DNA of 64,000 nucleotides from a virus (Duplodnaviria; Heunggongvirae; Uroviricota; Caudoviricetes): IMG/VR virus record IMGVR_UViG_3300013132_000019; one strand, 5' to 3'. Shown piece by piece: positions 54,791 to 64,000 of this stretch (position 1 is its first letter; each line of letters starts with the position of its first letter). The notes under the pieces were generated by a model. It saw only the letters and a program-made list of their open reading frames with translations, ran no database searches and was not told where the DNA came from. The position numbers and the translations under genes were made by a program.

Positions 54791-57700
54791 CTATAATGTG
54801 GTTACTGTTATCGGTGTTGCATAACAACCAGCTTCATTACGAGCAGCGATTTGATATGTAGTTCCAGATGTTAGGCCAGTAAAGGTATAATTACCCTGTT
54901 GGACGGTAGCTTGGTCTATTAATGTGTTACCAGTACTATCATATAAATAATATGTAATCTGTTCACCACCATTCTGATTGTTGAACGGTGTTACAATTAC
55001 ATTAATTGTTGTTGGTGTAATTGTTGGTGGTGTAAAGCTATTGGTATCACCAACATTGAATAATGATGGTTCACTAACAATAACTGTAATTGCAACCGTA
55101 TTATTAGCATTATCAGTTATGGTAACATAATATGTTCCAGCAACAAGTGGCGCAAATGTAAATGATGGTGCTGGTGTTGAACTGGTAATTGGTGTTATTT
55201 GTATTGGGCCGTTGTTGTCTGATAAAGTTGCATTATAAGGTGGTACACCACCAAAGATTGACGCCCTTATCTGACCATCAGTATCACCATTACAGGTTAC
55301 ATAAGTTTCAACACCACCATTAATATCTTGAGAATTACTGTTGTAAAGGTAGTTATCTGGGTCTGTTGGGTCATTAGGGTTATTTATATTACCGACATTA
55401 TAATAATGATTAATTAATACCGTTAACCCTTGTGGTTCTAAAACTTCAGCAGTACATGTACTACTCTCACCGTTTGAATCGGTTATTGTAATAGTATATA
55501 CACCGCTTGGTAAATTGTCTATTATTTGTTCTCCAGCAATCAAATTACTAAATGGATAAATATTATTAGGGTCTGGAGAGATGTTCATTGTGTATGGTCC
55601 TATTCCACCAGATATGCTGACATTGATTATTCCGTCCGATGCCCCTTGATTTGATGTTGGTATTGCATTAGTTACACATGTTACTGGTTGTGGTTCACCG
55701 ACAATGAAAGTGATTGTTGAAGATAAACCATTTGCGTCAACTACTGTTAACACATATGACCCACCGCAAAGGTCTTCCAAGTCAACAGCATCTAATGTTG
55801 GGTTAGTATTTCCAGATATATTAAATTGTGTGTTATCTGGAAGTGTCCAAAAATATTGATATGGCGCTGTACCGCCTTGTATCGTAACATCTATTTCACC
55901 ATTACAATTATTTAAATCGGTACTATCGGTAATATCACCTAATATTAGAAAATCTGGTTTATCTTGAACTGGGCATGGTGCAAAATATTTTGCTAACATT
56001 TTAGCTAATGCGGTTTTGTTTCTATTTAAACCAAAGTAAAAATAAAAAGAGTTTAATGACTGTGGAAATGCGTCACACATTTTACCGACTTGGGTACTAT
56101 CAACCCAACCATACCTAAAGCGATTATAACTTAAACCATTTAGTAATGTATCTAAATCCCCAACTTGATTACCACATGATGGTAGATTATTAAAATCTGT
56201 GTTTATACTAAAAGGTGTGGTATATAAACTATTTAATGGCGTACCATCTAAACCATAACCATTCATCCATGCAAACACGTTTCTAGTAAATCTAATGTCT
56301 ATGTCGTCCGCTGTGAGTTCATCATCTGGTGGTGTATTACCTCTAGTCTCGTCAAACCCAACACCTAATTCACACTGTCTTCTTAGATTTCCGCAACTGA
56401 TATTTGTTGTTCTAGCAAAAAAACAGTTGACACTGAAAAATAAAGAACTAAGAGGTGGTAAATTATCTTGACATGGGTTAGAGCTTAATTGGGCACTTAA
56501 ATTATCCATTCCAGATACTGTGAAGTTTTGGTCTGTTTCATCCAAATATGGTGGTAATTTGTATGTTGTGTCAACAAACAATTCATAAACTGATGGTAAA
56601 CCTAACCAATGACACTTTACGCTTGAGCCAAGTGTAACTATGTCAGTTGCTAATAAATACTCATCATTAGTTTTAGAATATGGAGCATAATAATAGTTTT
56701 CATCATAATAAACGATTAAACCATGTTTGATGTTATATGGTTGTCCTATATACCTATGGCCTTGATTATTCGGTCTTTGGTTATTACATAAATTAAGTTC
56801 TCCACAATTAGGATAAGTTGTATTTGGACAACCTAAAGGTATTCCAAAACAAGTATCAACTAAAAATATGTCATCGTAACTAGTATTATCTGGTGTACCA
56901 TTATTATCATTATTGACACTTAGATTTGATGGTATACCGTCATTAGACCACTCACAAAACTTATGTGGGCCGTAACTAAGGTTATTTGGGTCACCGTCTT
57001 TCACTCTAACCTTGAATAAAGGTGAATATAATGTACCATTTACCCAATCGTTATAGAAATCGAATTTAAATAGATTAAGGTCTTTTGCCAGAGATATTGC
57101 AATACATTTAGTATATCCAGCATCGCCTGGTGGTAATGTCTGGTTCCAATCATTTACATTAATTTCACTTCCGACACAAACAACACCGTTACCAGCGGCA
57201 TCACAACCTAAATCAGCTCTTGGTAATGTACATGGAAACTGTTGACTATCTGATGAACAACAACCTGGTGCATATGGTACATTATCACATTCTAACGTAA
57301 TACAGGCTATATAATCAATGAGTGGTATACCAAATATATCTAAAACATCATTAATCGTACTAATAATTATGTTTAATAGCGATATAATACCAGTATTTAT
57401 AAAACTAATAAGACCAGCAAAAGCAATTGTTAAAGTGCATATGAAACCAAACAAAGCTTCGGTTTCGAAAGTCATATGATTATATGGAAATGGTGTATAC
57501 TTACCTCTGGCACTATCAACGTCTTTGATTCCAATAAAATTTCTAATCTTATCGCCACTTCTACTGCTTGGGTGGGTGTCTGATTTTTGAACTCTGGGTA
57601 TATAATTTTTAACAGTATAAATACCATTCCAAACTAATTCGGCTAAATTTTCTTTTTTGGTATTTGGACCAAATTCAAAATCGGTATTTAATCCACCAAC

Positions 57701-58855
57701 ATTTATTGGATTATTGGGAACTAAGTATGCTGCTCGTTCTCTTAGATTACCCTCGCCACCAGTTATATTCATTTTAATTCTAAATCTAACTTTGGCTCTA
57801 GTGGGTATACCTTTCTTTGGGTCATCGGTTGGTACTAAATTACCATATTCATCCGTAACCCTATAGTCCAAATTCATTGGTACTTGATAAGCCCATGTAC
57901 CGTCAGAATCGATTAATTGTCCACCACCGACATCAAACCTTTCGATATTGCCTGATAATGTTTCTCTGACCATTTCAATTTTACCAGTTCCAGTTGTTTG
58001 GTCATTTAGTGTACCCATATTTTCTCTGGGTTTACAGGTTAAACTTAGTGAATTAATTTCGTTATCACCAAAAATTGAACCCATGAATATTGCCTGTGGT
58101 GTGATAGCAGCTTTTAAATCAATATCCCTTCTAGTAATTGCAACATTACAATTATCGTCATCACCCCAGTATGGTTGTACATTAACACTTATCGGTGATT
58201 GTTTGATTATTTGTAAATTGAAATCTAAATCTTCCTCACTACCCCTGAACTTTGTTGTTGATTCAAAAACCTCTTCGGATGAACCCTTTCTAACAAAGTC
58301 AAATGGTTTTTGGCTAATAATGCCTATGTCTGATACATCAGCCTCAACGTGCATTATCTGAGCGCCAGTGGGTACACCGAATATCATATAATCACCAGCG
58401 GCATTAGATGTTGTAGTGAATTTATAGTATTCACAATATATGTCCAACATCGTGTCGTCATCCAAAAATGTCCTTTTATCAGAAAAATCACCAACAGGCG
58501 TAAAACAATCATCGTTTGTTTGATTATCCTTACTTAATAAATTATATCTTAAACCGTTAGGACCAATATCAGTAATTGTTTCAAATGGATATAAACCGAA
58601 TATCTTATCGTTCTGTCTATCAAGCTCAGATACTGGAATAAACACGCTAACTTTAGCATTTGGAACACCAAAACCACCATTAATAGATACTCGACCAACT
58701 ATCGCACCATAACCAGCACAAAAGGTTGTATATAATTCTTTTTGAGATATTTTTAATGATAAGATTTCAACAAAATCAAAATCTTGTTCCATATTGATTT
58801 TAATGAACTTATCATCACCATTAGGTGTTGTCCGTATTCTAATTGTTTTAGACAT
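54791..58855 (-). CDS. Large tail-associated protein with three SprB-like repeats
   Basis: 1354 aa; GVPNAKVSVFIP N-terminal domain; C-terminal GGTAPYQYFW..GSYVLTVVDANG, GGIGPYT..GVYTITITDSNG, GGVPPYN..GTYYVTITD. Confidence 0.7.
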   Translation of the reverse strand: MSKTIRIRTTPNGDDKFIKINMEQDFDFVEILSLKISQKELYTTFCAGYGAIVGRVSINGGFGVPNAKVSVFIPVSELDRQNDKIFGLYPFETITDIGPNGLRYNLLSKDNQTNDDCFTPVGDFSDKRTFLDDDTMLDIYCEYYKFTTTSNAAGDYMIFGVPTGAQIMHVEADVSDIGIISQKPFDFVRKGSSEEVFESTTKFRGSEEDLDFNLQIIKQSPISVNVQPYWGDDDNCNVAITRRDIDLKAAITPQAIFMGSIFGDNEINSLSLTCKPRENMGTLNDQTTGTGKIEMVRETLSGNIERFDVGGGQLIDSDGTWAYQVPMNLDYRVTDEYGNLVPTDDPKKGIPTRAKVRFRIKMNITGGEGNLRERAAYLVPNNPINVGGLNTDFEFGPNTKKENLAELVWNGIYTVKNYIPRVQKSDTHPSSRSGDKIRNFIGIKDVDSARGKYTPFPYNHMTFETEALFGFICTLTIAFAGLISFINTGIISLLNIIISTINDVLDIFGIPLIDYIACITLECDNVPYAPGCCSSDSQQFPCTLPRADLGCDAAGNGVVCVGSEINVNDWNQTLPPGDAGYTKCIAISLAKDLNLFKFDFYNDWVNGTLYSPLFKVRVKDGDPNNLSYGPHKFCEWSNDGIPSNLSVNNDNNGTPDNTSYDDIFLVDTCFGIPLGCPNTTYPNCGELNLCNNQRPNNQGHRYIGQPYNIKHGLIVYYDENYYYAPYSKTNDEYLLATDIVTLGSSVKCHWLGLPSVYELFVDTTYKLPPYLDETDQNFTVSGMDNLSAQLSSNPCQDNLPPLSSLFFSVNCFFARTTNISCGNLRRQCELGVGFDETRGNTPPDDELTADDIDIRFTRNVFAWMNGYGLDGTPLNSLYTTPFSINTDFNNLPSCGNQVGDLDTLLNGLSYNRFRYGWVDSTQVGKMCDAFPQSLNSFYFYFGLNRNKTALAKMLAKYFAPCPVQDKPDFLILGDITDSTDLNNCNGEIDVTIQGGTAPYQYFWTLPDNTQFNISGNTNPTLDAVDLEDLCGGSYVLTVVDANGLSSTITFIVGEPQPVTCVTNAIPTSNQGASDGIINVSISGGIGPYTMNISPDPNNIYPFSNLIAGEQIIDNLPSGVYTITITDSNGESSTCTAEVLEPQGLTVLINHYYNVGNINNPNDPTDPDNYLYNSNSQDINGGVETYVTCNGDTDGQIRASIFGGVPPYNATLSDNNGPIQITPITSSTPAPSFTFAPLVAGTYYVTITDNANNTVAITVIVSEPSLFNVGDTNSFTPPTITPTTINVIVTPFNNQNGGEQITYYLYDSTGNTLIDQATVQQGNYTFTGLTSGTTYQIAARNEAGCYATPITVTTL

Positions 58856-59174
58856 TTACCAGTTCTAATTTAGAATTATTATCATATAGTTCTAAATCCA
58901 CAATATCAATATCACTTTTAGTATTTAAAATTCTACTGGTTTTCATTAGCTCGACAATAGATTTTAGCGTGTGGGTCATGTCCATATTTTGGTTTTTGAT
59001 TATTAATTTATATAAAAAACTAATAAAAAATGGTAAAAATAATGGTGATAATACCACCATACCAATAAAGATTAACCACTTAAATATGGTATTAGTATTT
59101 ATCGATTTATTTGTTGACATTAACTTAGCGTCTGGAACACTAGTATCTCTTACATTTTTACAACCACAACTCAT
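58848..59174 (-). CDS. Small membrane protein with N-terminal CGCK
   Basis: MSCGCK start plus one TM helix. Confidence 0.65.
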   Translation of the reverse strand: MSCGCKNVRDTSVPDAKLMSTNKSINTNTIFKWLIFIGMVVLSPLFLPFFISFLYKLIIKNQNMDMTHTLKSIVELMKTSRILNTKSDIDIVDLELYDNNSKLELVNV

Positions 59175-59247
59175 ATTTTTTTACCTTTAATTTAAACAAA
59201 ATAACATTTAAGTCAATAACCTTAACAAAGTGTTACTTATTTTTGAA

Positions 59248-61068
59248 TTAGGACGTCCTAACTCGAACCCTTATATCTGTACCAACATTCTTAATTTCAA
59301 ACATACTAATTGGGTCACCTATAAGAGCATAATTCTGTGATAAATCAATCTCCAAAGTTTCTTCATTTATCAATGGTTGTGATATCTCATTTAATGAGTA
59401 ATTACCACCGACTTTATTGAAGACCTGCATATTTATCACATTCAACACACCGCCAACATTATTTATATTTTCAATTAATTGACTTAAATATATTGATTCA
59501 CCCATATCGAAATTATTGATATCCATATAATTTTGTACCTCTTGAATAACCTGACTAACAATTTGTGTCTGTGGATACTGTTTATCAATAAAAACATCAA
59601 TATCGAAACCTAAATTTATAACCTTACCACTCTTAACCTCAACATAGTCATTCATCATTCTATACTCAGATAGATATTCTGAAATATTATTCCTTAATGT
59701 TGATGTTGTTTGGTTTGATAAACTACCGTCACTATTCAATGTCAATATATAGACACTAACCTTGTTTTGGTCTTCAATAACGCCAGTCCTGAATGGTGAA
59801 CCAAATTGACCTGGCATTAATTGAATTCGTGATTGGTAATCCTTTAATGTAACACATCTGTTCTGTGCTGAAAAATTATACCTTACAAGGTTTCGTATCT
59901 CTTCAACTGATGGTTCATCTTTACCGCCTACAGCTGGTAATGGGTTATTTACCGTTAATGAATTTCTAACAGCAGAATTGATTGTTGGGTTTGAACCATT
60001 AACCAACATATTAACGTTATTAACTGTATTGATTACGTTAGGCCCCAAATTAGTTGCACCACCACCACCAACACGATAACTGATAAACATTGTTGTGTTT
60101 GGTGTTAGTGTGGTACCCAAACTCATATTATTAATGAAATCACCAATTCTATTAACTAATGTAACATCAACATCAAAATCACATAATGAACCAATATCTT
60201 GTGAACCACCACCAAATATTATGTTCGTAAAACCTAAATCAGTATATTCCCTAATAAACCGCCTATCAACTCTAACCCATTTACCTGTCTTAATTCCTGA
60301 CTGTGTACTTGGTGATAGTTGGTCTTCAATAAAAACTTTATCCTCAGCCAAAGCATCCATTTCATACCACCGATTATCAAAATTCAAGAATTGGTCAATG
60401 CTTGGCGTCTGTGTATAGTTTGTACCCTCTAAGGTTATTATTGAATTAATCGATATAACATCATTATCTGGTAGTGTAACCTCAAAGAATGGTCTAACAT
60501 CATTTTGACCAATAGCTCGCTTGAAAATCTTTGTTACACCATTAATAACCATTTCACGTTTGGTTAACGTGTAGTTAATGATATTACCAGAGCCATCTAA
60601 GTTAGGTATTACCAATCTATTAGGTATACCACCAATAGTGAAAGGTGATGAAAAATCAATATCATACATAGATTCAAAAACCTTTCCAGCACCAGAAACT
60701 TGAGCACCTTGTCTTATAACTGGTGCATACGATAAATCAAACGTATCACCAAAAACAGGTACGGTTACACTGAAATCGACAATCGTTGCGCTGGCTCTTT
60801 TACCTGGTACCTTTAAACCAAAAGTCCTAGCCATACTTAAAACACTTGAACGCTCCTGTGCAAAATTAATCTGGGTCTCCTGAAACATCCTATCAGTATG
60901 GAATGATAACATGTCTCCTACAGCAGCGTTGAGTTCCAAGAGCATCATCCCAACGGACGCATCATTGAAATCATTGAAGATTTGGGGATAATATTGTCTA
61001 ACATAGTTAACTAATTCAGTTCTTACATCAGCAAAGTTTCTAGCAAAGTATGGTATTTTTTGTGCCAT
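59248..61068 (-). CDS. Baseplate wedge protein (T4 gp6 / baseplate J-like)
   Basis: Start moved to MAQKIPYFARNF; MLLELNAAVGDMLSFHTD, AQERSS, YRVGGG, AQNRCVT..DY. Confidence 0.8.
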   Translation of the reverse strand: MAQKIPYFARNFADVRTELVNYVRQYYPQIFNDFNDASVGMMLLELNAAVGDMLSFHTDRMFQETQINFAQERSSVLSMARTFGLKVPGKRASATIVDFSVTVPVFGDTFDLSYAPVIRQGAQVSGAGKVFESMYDIDFSSPFTIGGIPNRLVIPNLDGSGNIINYTLTKREMVINGVTKIFKRAIGQNDVRPFFEVTLPDNDVISINSIITLEGTNYTQTPSIDQFLNFDNRWYEMDALAEDKVFIEDQLSPSTQSGIKTGKWVRVDRRFIREYTDLGFTNIIFGGGSQDIGSLCDFDVDVTLVNRIGDFINNMSLGTTLTPNTTMFISYRVGGGGATNLGPNVINTVNNVNMLVNGSNPTINSAVRNSLTVNNPLPAVGGKDEPSVEEIRNLVRYNFSAQNRCVTLKDYQSRIQLMPGQFGSPFRTGVIEDQNKVSVYILTLNSDGSLSNQTTSTLRNNISEYLSEYRMMNDYVEVKSGKVINLGFDIDVFIDKQYPQTQIVSQVIQEVQNYMDINNFDMGESIYLSQLIENINNVGGVLNVINMQVFNKVGGNYSLNEISQPLINEETLEIDLSQNYALIGDPISMFEIKNVGTDIRVRVRTS

Positions 61069-61099
61069 TATAAATTCTTTAGATATAAATATATTATAA
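60989..61099. repeat. 111-bp direct repeat, copy 1 (functional 5' end of the baseplate gene)
   Basis: 109/111 identical to 62791-62901. Confidence 0.92.
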
Positions 61100-61164
61100 A
61101 TGATTTTTTTTATTTGTGAAGTTTTTGTATATTTGTTAGTAATTACAAGTAAACGGCTATAAGT

Positions 61165-62787
61165 ATGAAAAAAAATAACACTAAAAATTTTATAATCAAG
61201 GCTAAAAAAGTCCATGGTGATAAATACGACTATTCTAAAGTTGACTACAAATTAAATAATATACCAGTCAAAATAATATGCCCAAAGCATGGTGTGTTTG
61301 AAAAGGCCCCCGCAAAACATGTGTCTGGGAAGCAAGGTTGCCCAAAATGTTCAATAGAGCAACAAGTTAGTAGGCAGAAAAAGGGTTTGGATGCTTTTAT
61401 TAATGAGGCTAAAGAGATTCATGGTAATAAATATGACTACTCAGAGGTGGAATATATTAATAATAAAACTAAAGTAACAATAATTTGTCCAGAACATGGT
61501 AAGTTTGAGCAAGCGCCAACTAATCATTTAAGTGGTAAAGGTTGTAAATACTGCGGTGGTACCGCTAAAATGGATACTAAACTTTTTATAAAAAAATCTA
61601 AAGAGATTTATGGTGACAAATATGATTACTCAAAGGTTAATTACGTTAATAGTGTCACGGATGTTATTATCATATGTCCAGAGCATGGTGAATTTATAAC
61701 AACACCAAATAACTTTACGTCTAAAAATCGGGGATGCCCATATTGCGCTTTTAAAATTTTTGATAATCAATCCTTTATAGAAAAAATGGGTCAAATACAT
61801 GGTAATACATACGACTATAGTAAAGTTGATTATGTTGATATTAAAACGCCTGTTACAATAATTTGTCCAGAACATGGTGAGTTTGAATTAAGACCTGATT
61901 CACATAGAAACGGTAGTGGTTGTAAAAAATGTTTAAATAGTATATCTAATATTGAAAAAGACATTGTGGCTTTTATTAATTCTTTTGGGTTTAGTATATT
62001 AGAAAATTGTAGGGACATTATTGAACCATACGAATTAGATATTTATCTTCCAAAACATAAATTAGCCATTGAATTCAATGGTTTATATTGGCATTCTGAA
62101 TTACATAAAGATAAAGACTATCACTTAAATAAAACCAAAGAGTGTGAAGCTAAAGGTGTTAGATTAATACATATCTTTGAAGATGAATGGTTATATAAAC
62201 AGGATATTGTTAAGAGTAGATTAAAGAACTTGTTAGGTATAACTGAAAATAGAATATATGCTAGGAAATGCCAAATTAAAGAAGTACCTACAAAAGAAAA
62301 AACTAACTTCCTTAATGAAAATCACATTCAGGGTGCCGTTGGTAGTAAGGTTAATTTAGGACTTTATTATAATAATGAATTAGTTAGTATAATGACTTTT
62401 GGTAAAAGGGGTGTTATAAAACATAAAAAGACTGAGTTACTTAGATTTTGTAATAAACTTAATACTACTATTGTTGGTGGTGCTAGTAAATTACTTAAAT
62501 ATTTCATTAGAGAATATAAACCAAAAGAAATTATTAGTTATGCTGATAGAAGGTGGAGTACTGGTAATATGTATGAAACATTAGGGTTTAAACTAAAATC
62601 AATCAATAAACCATCTTTCACAATTTCTAAAGGTAAAAATAGAGAGAGTAGATTTAAGTATCAAAAACATAAACTTTATGATATGGGTTTTGATTTTAAT
62701 GGTAAAACAGCTGATGAGATATTAAGAGATAATGGTTTATATAAGATTTATGATTGTGGCAGTTATACATATATTTTAAACCAATAA
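61165..62787 (+). mobile_element. Free-standing homing-endonuclease-like gene (4 Zn-ribbon repeats + PD-(D/E)xK/Vsr-like + C-terminal domain)
   Basis: Four HG.KYDYS.V.Y....V.IICP.HG.F..P..H..GC..C repeats; ELDIY..LAIEFNGLYWH; antisense within the structural operon. Confidence 0.8.
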
Positions 62788-62790
62788 TGG

Positions 62791-62901
62791 TAATATTGTC
62801 TAACATAGTTAACTAATTCAGTTCTTACGTCAGCAAAGTTTCTAGCAAAATATGGTATTTTTTGTGCCATTATAAATTCTTTAGATATAAATATATTATA
62901 A
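62791..62901. repeat. 111-bp direct repeat, copy 2 (truncated gene start)
   Basis: Encodes MAQKIPYFARNFADVRTELVNYVRQYY, then runs into the antisense endonuclease end and stops after 35 aa. Confidence 0.92.
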
Positions 62902-62917
62902 TGGTTAAATTTTGAAA

Positions 62918-63304
62918 TTAAAGATTAATCACAATAACATCATTTTGTTCAAACACATCTTCAGTTACGGTGTAATCTATTGTCAATGTTACTTTATGTT
63001 CATTATTTTCATCTCTATCAACGATAACCTCATTAATTCTTAGGTTTGGTATGTACTTCTTAACGGTTTCATTAATATCAAATTTAATATCGGACGATAG
63101 TTTAGAATCGTTTTGTTCAAAGATATACTTAAGTAGGTCTGTACCAAAATCTGGCATATATAACCTTTGACCCTTTTGTGTTAAAAGAAGGTGGAGTAGG
63201 TCTGACCTGATAGCTGTTGCATCAGTATTATTTAAATCAAGATAAAACCCTTGATTGCTATCCCTAAATGGATATCTAATATTAATATATTTACCTTGTG
63301 CCAT
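62918..63304 (-). CDS. Baseplate wedge subunit (T4 gp25 / GPW-gp25 family)
   Basis: IRSDLLHLLLTQKGQR..PDFGT.L..YIFE...IKFDI...KYIP. Confidence 0.85.
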   Translation of the reverse strand: MAQGKYINIRYPFRDSNQGFYLDLNNTDATAIRSDLLHLLLTQKGQRLYMPDFGTDLLKYIFEQNDSKLSSDIKFDINETVKKYIPNLRINEVIVDRDENNEHKVTLTIDYTVTEDVFEQNDVIVINL

Positions 63305-63466
63305 AATAGTAAATATACTGGAACAATAAGTTTTGTAAATTAATATATCAATTATAAGATTTCTTTTTAAATCTTTATATTTTTTAATAAAATGACCCTG
63401 TAACTATATTAAAATCAATAACTTACTAAAAGGTGTGTATATATCCTAGTTATACACAATACTACA

Positions 63467-63814
63467 TTAGTGTTTCAATTTAAGTTTGTCTATAAAACTT
63501 TTAAAAAATTTCGAGAACCAGTTTTGTTTATTTTTTATTGGTTCAGTGTATGGTACTCCAACAAAATGAAAGTTCCCATTATCAAGTTTAAAACCAATAA
63601 ATGCTTGTTTTCCAGTTGGTGAATCCTCGCTATCTTTTATAGCAAATACTTCAAACGAATGTGCATCATTCGGTATGTATTGGTTTTCAACTTTATTACC
63701 ATACTCAGTCAATAAATCAACAAAATCTGGTACTCCTTCCAGTCTATCTACGAAACTTTTCCCTTTACCAAAGTCCCATATAAATTTTTCTGCGTTTTCT
63801 CTTGTATTTTTCAT
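63467..63814 (-). CDS. Hypothetical protein
   Basis: 115-aa ORF. Confidence 0.55.
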   Translation of the reverse strand: MKNTRENAEKFIWDFGKGKSFVDRLEGVPDFVDLLTEYGNKVENQYIPNDAHSFEVFAIKDSEDSPTGKQAFIGFKLDNGNFHFVGVPYTEPIKNKQNWFSKFFKSFIDKLKLKH

Positions 63815-63879
63815 ATAAATTTTTTAAAAGTTTTTATCCGCTCTTTGTATCAACATTCTACCTTAATAAACCGTACTGT

Positions 63880-63933
63880 GTATAACAAATGATAAACAAC
63901 ATTACAACGATTGTTTATCATCAGACGTTAGCA
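63880..63933 (-). repeat. attC-like site, near-identical to 9657-9710
   Basis: TGCTAAC-GTCTG-ATGATAAACAA..TTGTTTATCAT-TT-GTTATAC. Confidence 0.75.
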
Positions 63934-64000
63934 ACAATAAAAAATTATTACTGCCGTACTTCGTTGAGAGAGAAAATAACTTCTGCATCTTTCCAATATC

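Noticed and set aside
61069-61215. 147-nt N-terminal extension of the baseplate gene given by the track
   Set aside because: It overlaps the divergent endonuclease start and promoter region; the duplicated segment marks MAQKIP at 61068 as the real start.
61100-62790. Group I intron or IS element explanation for the endonuclease insertion
   Set aside because: The ORF fills almost the entire interval, leaving no room for an intron core. There are no terminal inverted repeats or transposase motifs, and the gene start is duplicated so splicing is unnecessary.
283-63000. Many short opposite-strand ORFs in the track (e.g. 283-570, 6687-7103, 16708-17214, 27161-27511, 29443-29901, 57948-58361)
   Set aside because: They lie antisense to well-supported genes and show the Ser/Leu/Phe-rich composition of shadow frames.

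Overview
A 64-kb, AT-rich, densely coding segment of a large (jumbo-type) tailed phage genome, mostly on the minus strand and in the standard genetic code. The host is inferred to be Bacteroidota from five promoters matching TTTG-N19/20-TAnnTTTG, a Bacteroidota-type histone H1-like gene and SprB-like repeats. Layout: (1-8.3 kb) RNA end-healing enzymes (HAD, metallophosphoesterase, CYTH, kinase+2H phosphoesterase), a 10-gene tRNA array, a CCA-adding enzyme and a dNMP kinase; (8.4-10.7 kb) an integron-like attC cassette array with no integrase in the window; (10.6-14 kb) tRNA-Met, tmRNA, ClpP and DnaJ; (15-28 kb) vWA/DUF2828-like protein, NUDIX, H1-like protein, probable head proteins, two amidases and a spanin-like pair; (28-37.5 kb) sigma70, SbcC/D-like nuclease, second ClpP, intein-containing exonuclease, primase, thioredoxin and RuvC-like resolvase; (37.5-63.3 kb) tail/baseplate module with a free-standing endonuclease flanked by a 111-bp duplication. 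Best candidate for an undescribed system: an unannotated 28-codon leader peptide with terminator/antiterminator upstream of the tRNA array, whose codons 4-17 are all read by tRNAs of that array. This suggests a ribosome-stalling sensor of host tRNA depletion. Three of the tRNAs have a rearranged architecture with a D-loop-like motif 3' of the anticodon arm. All family assignments are from motif recognition by eye; no database searches were run.
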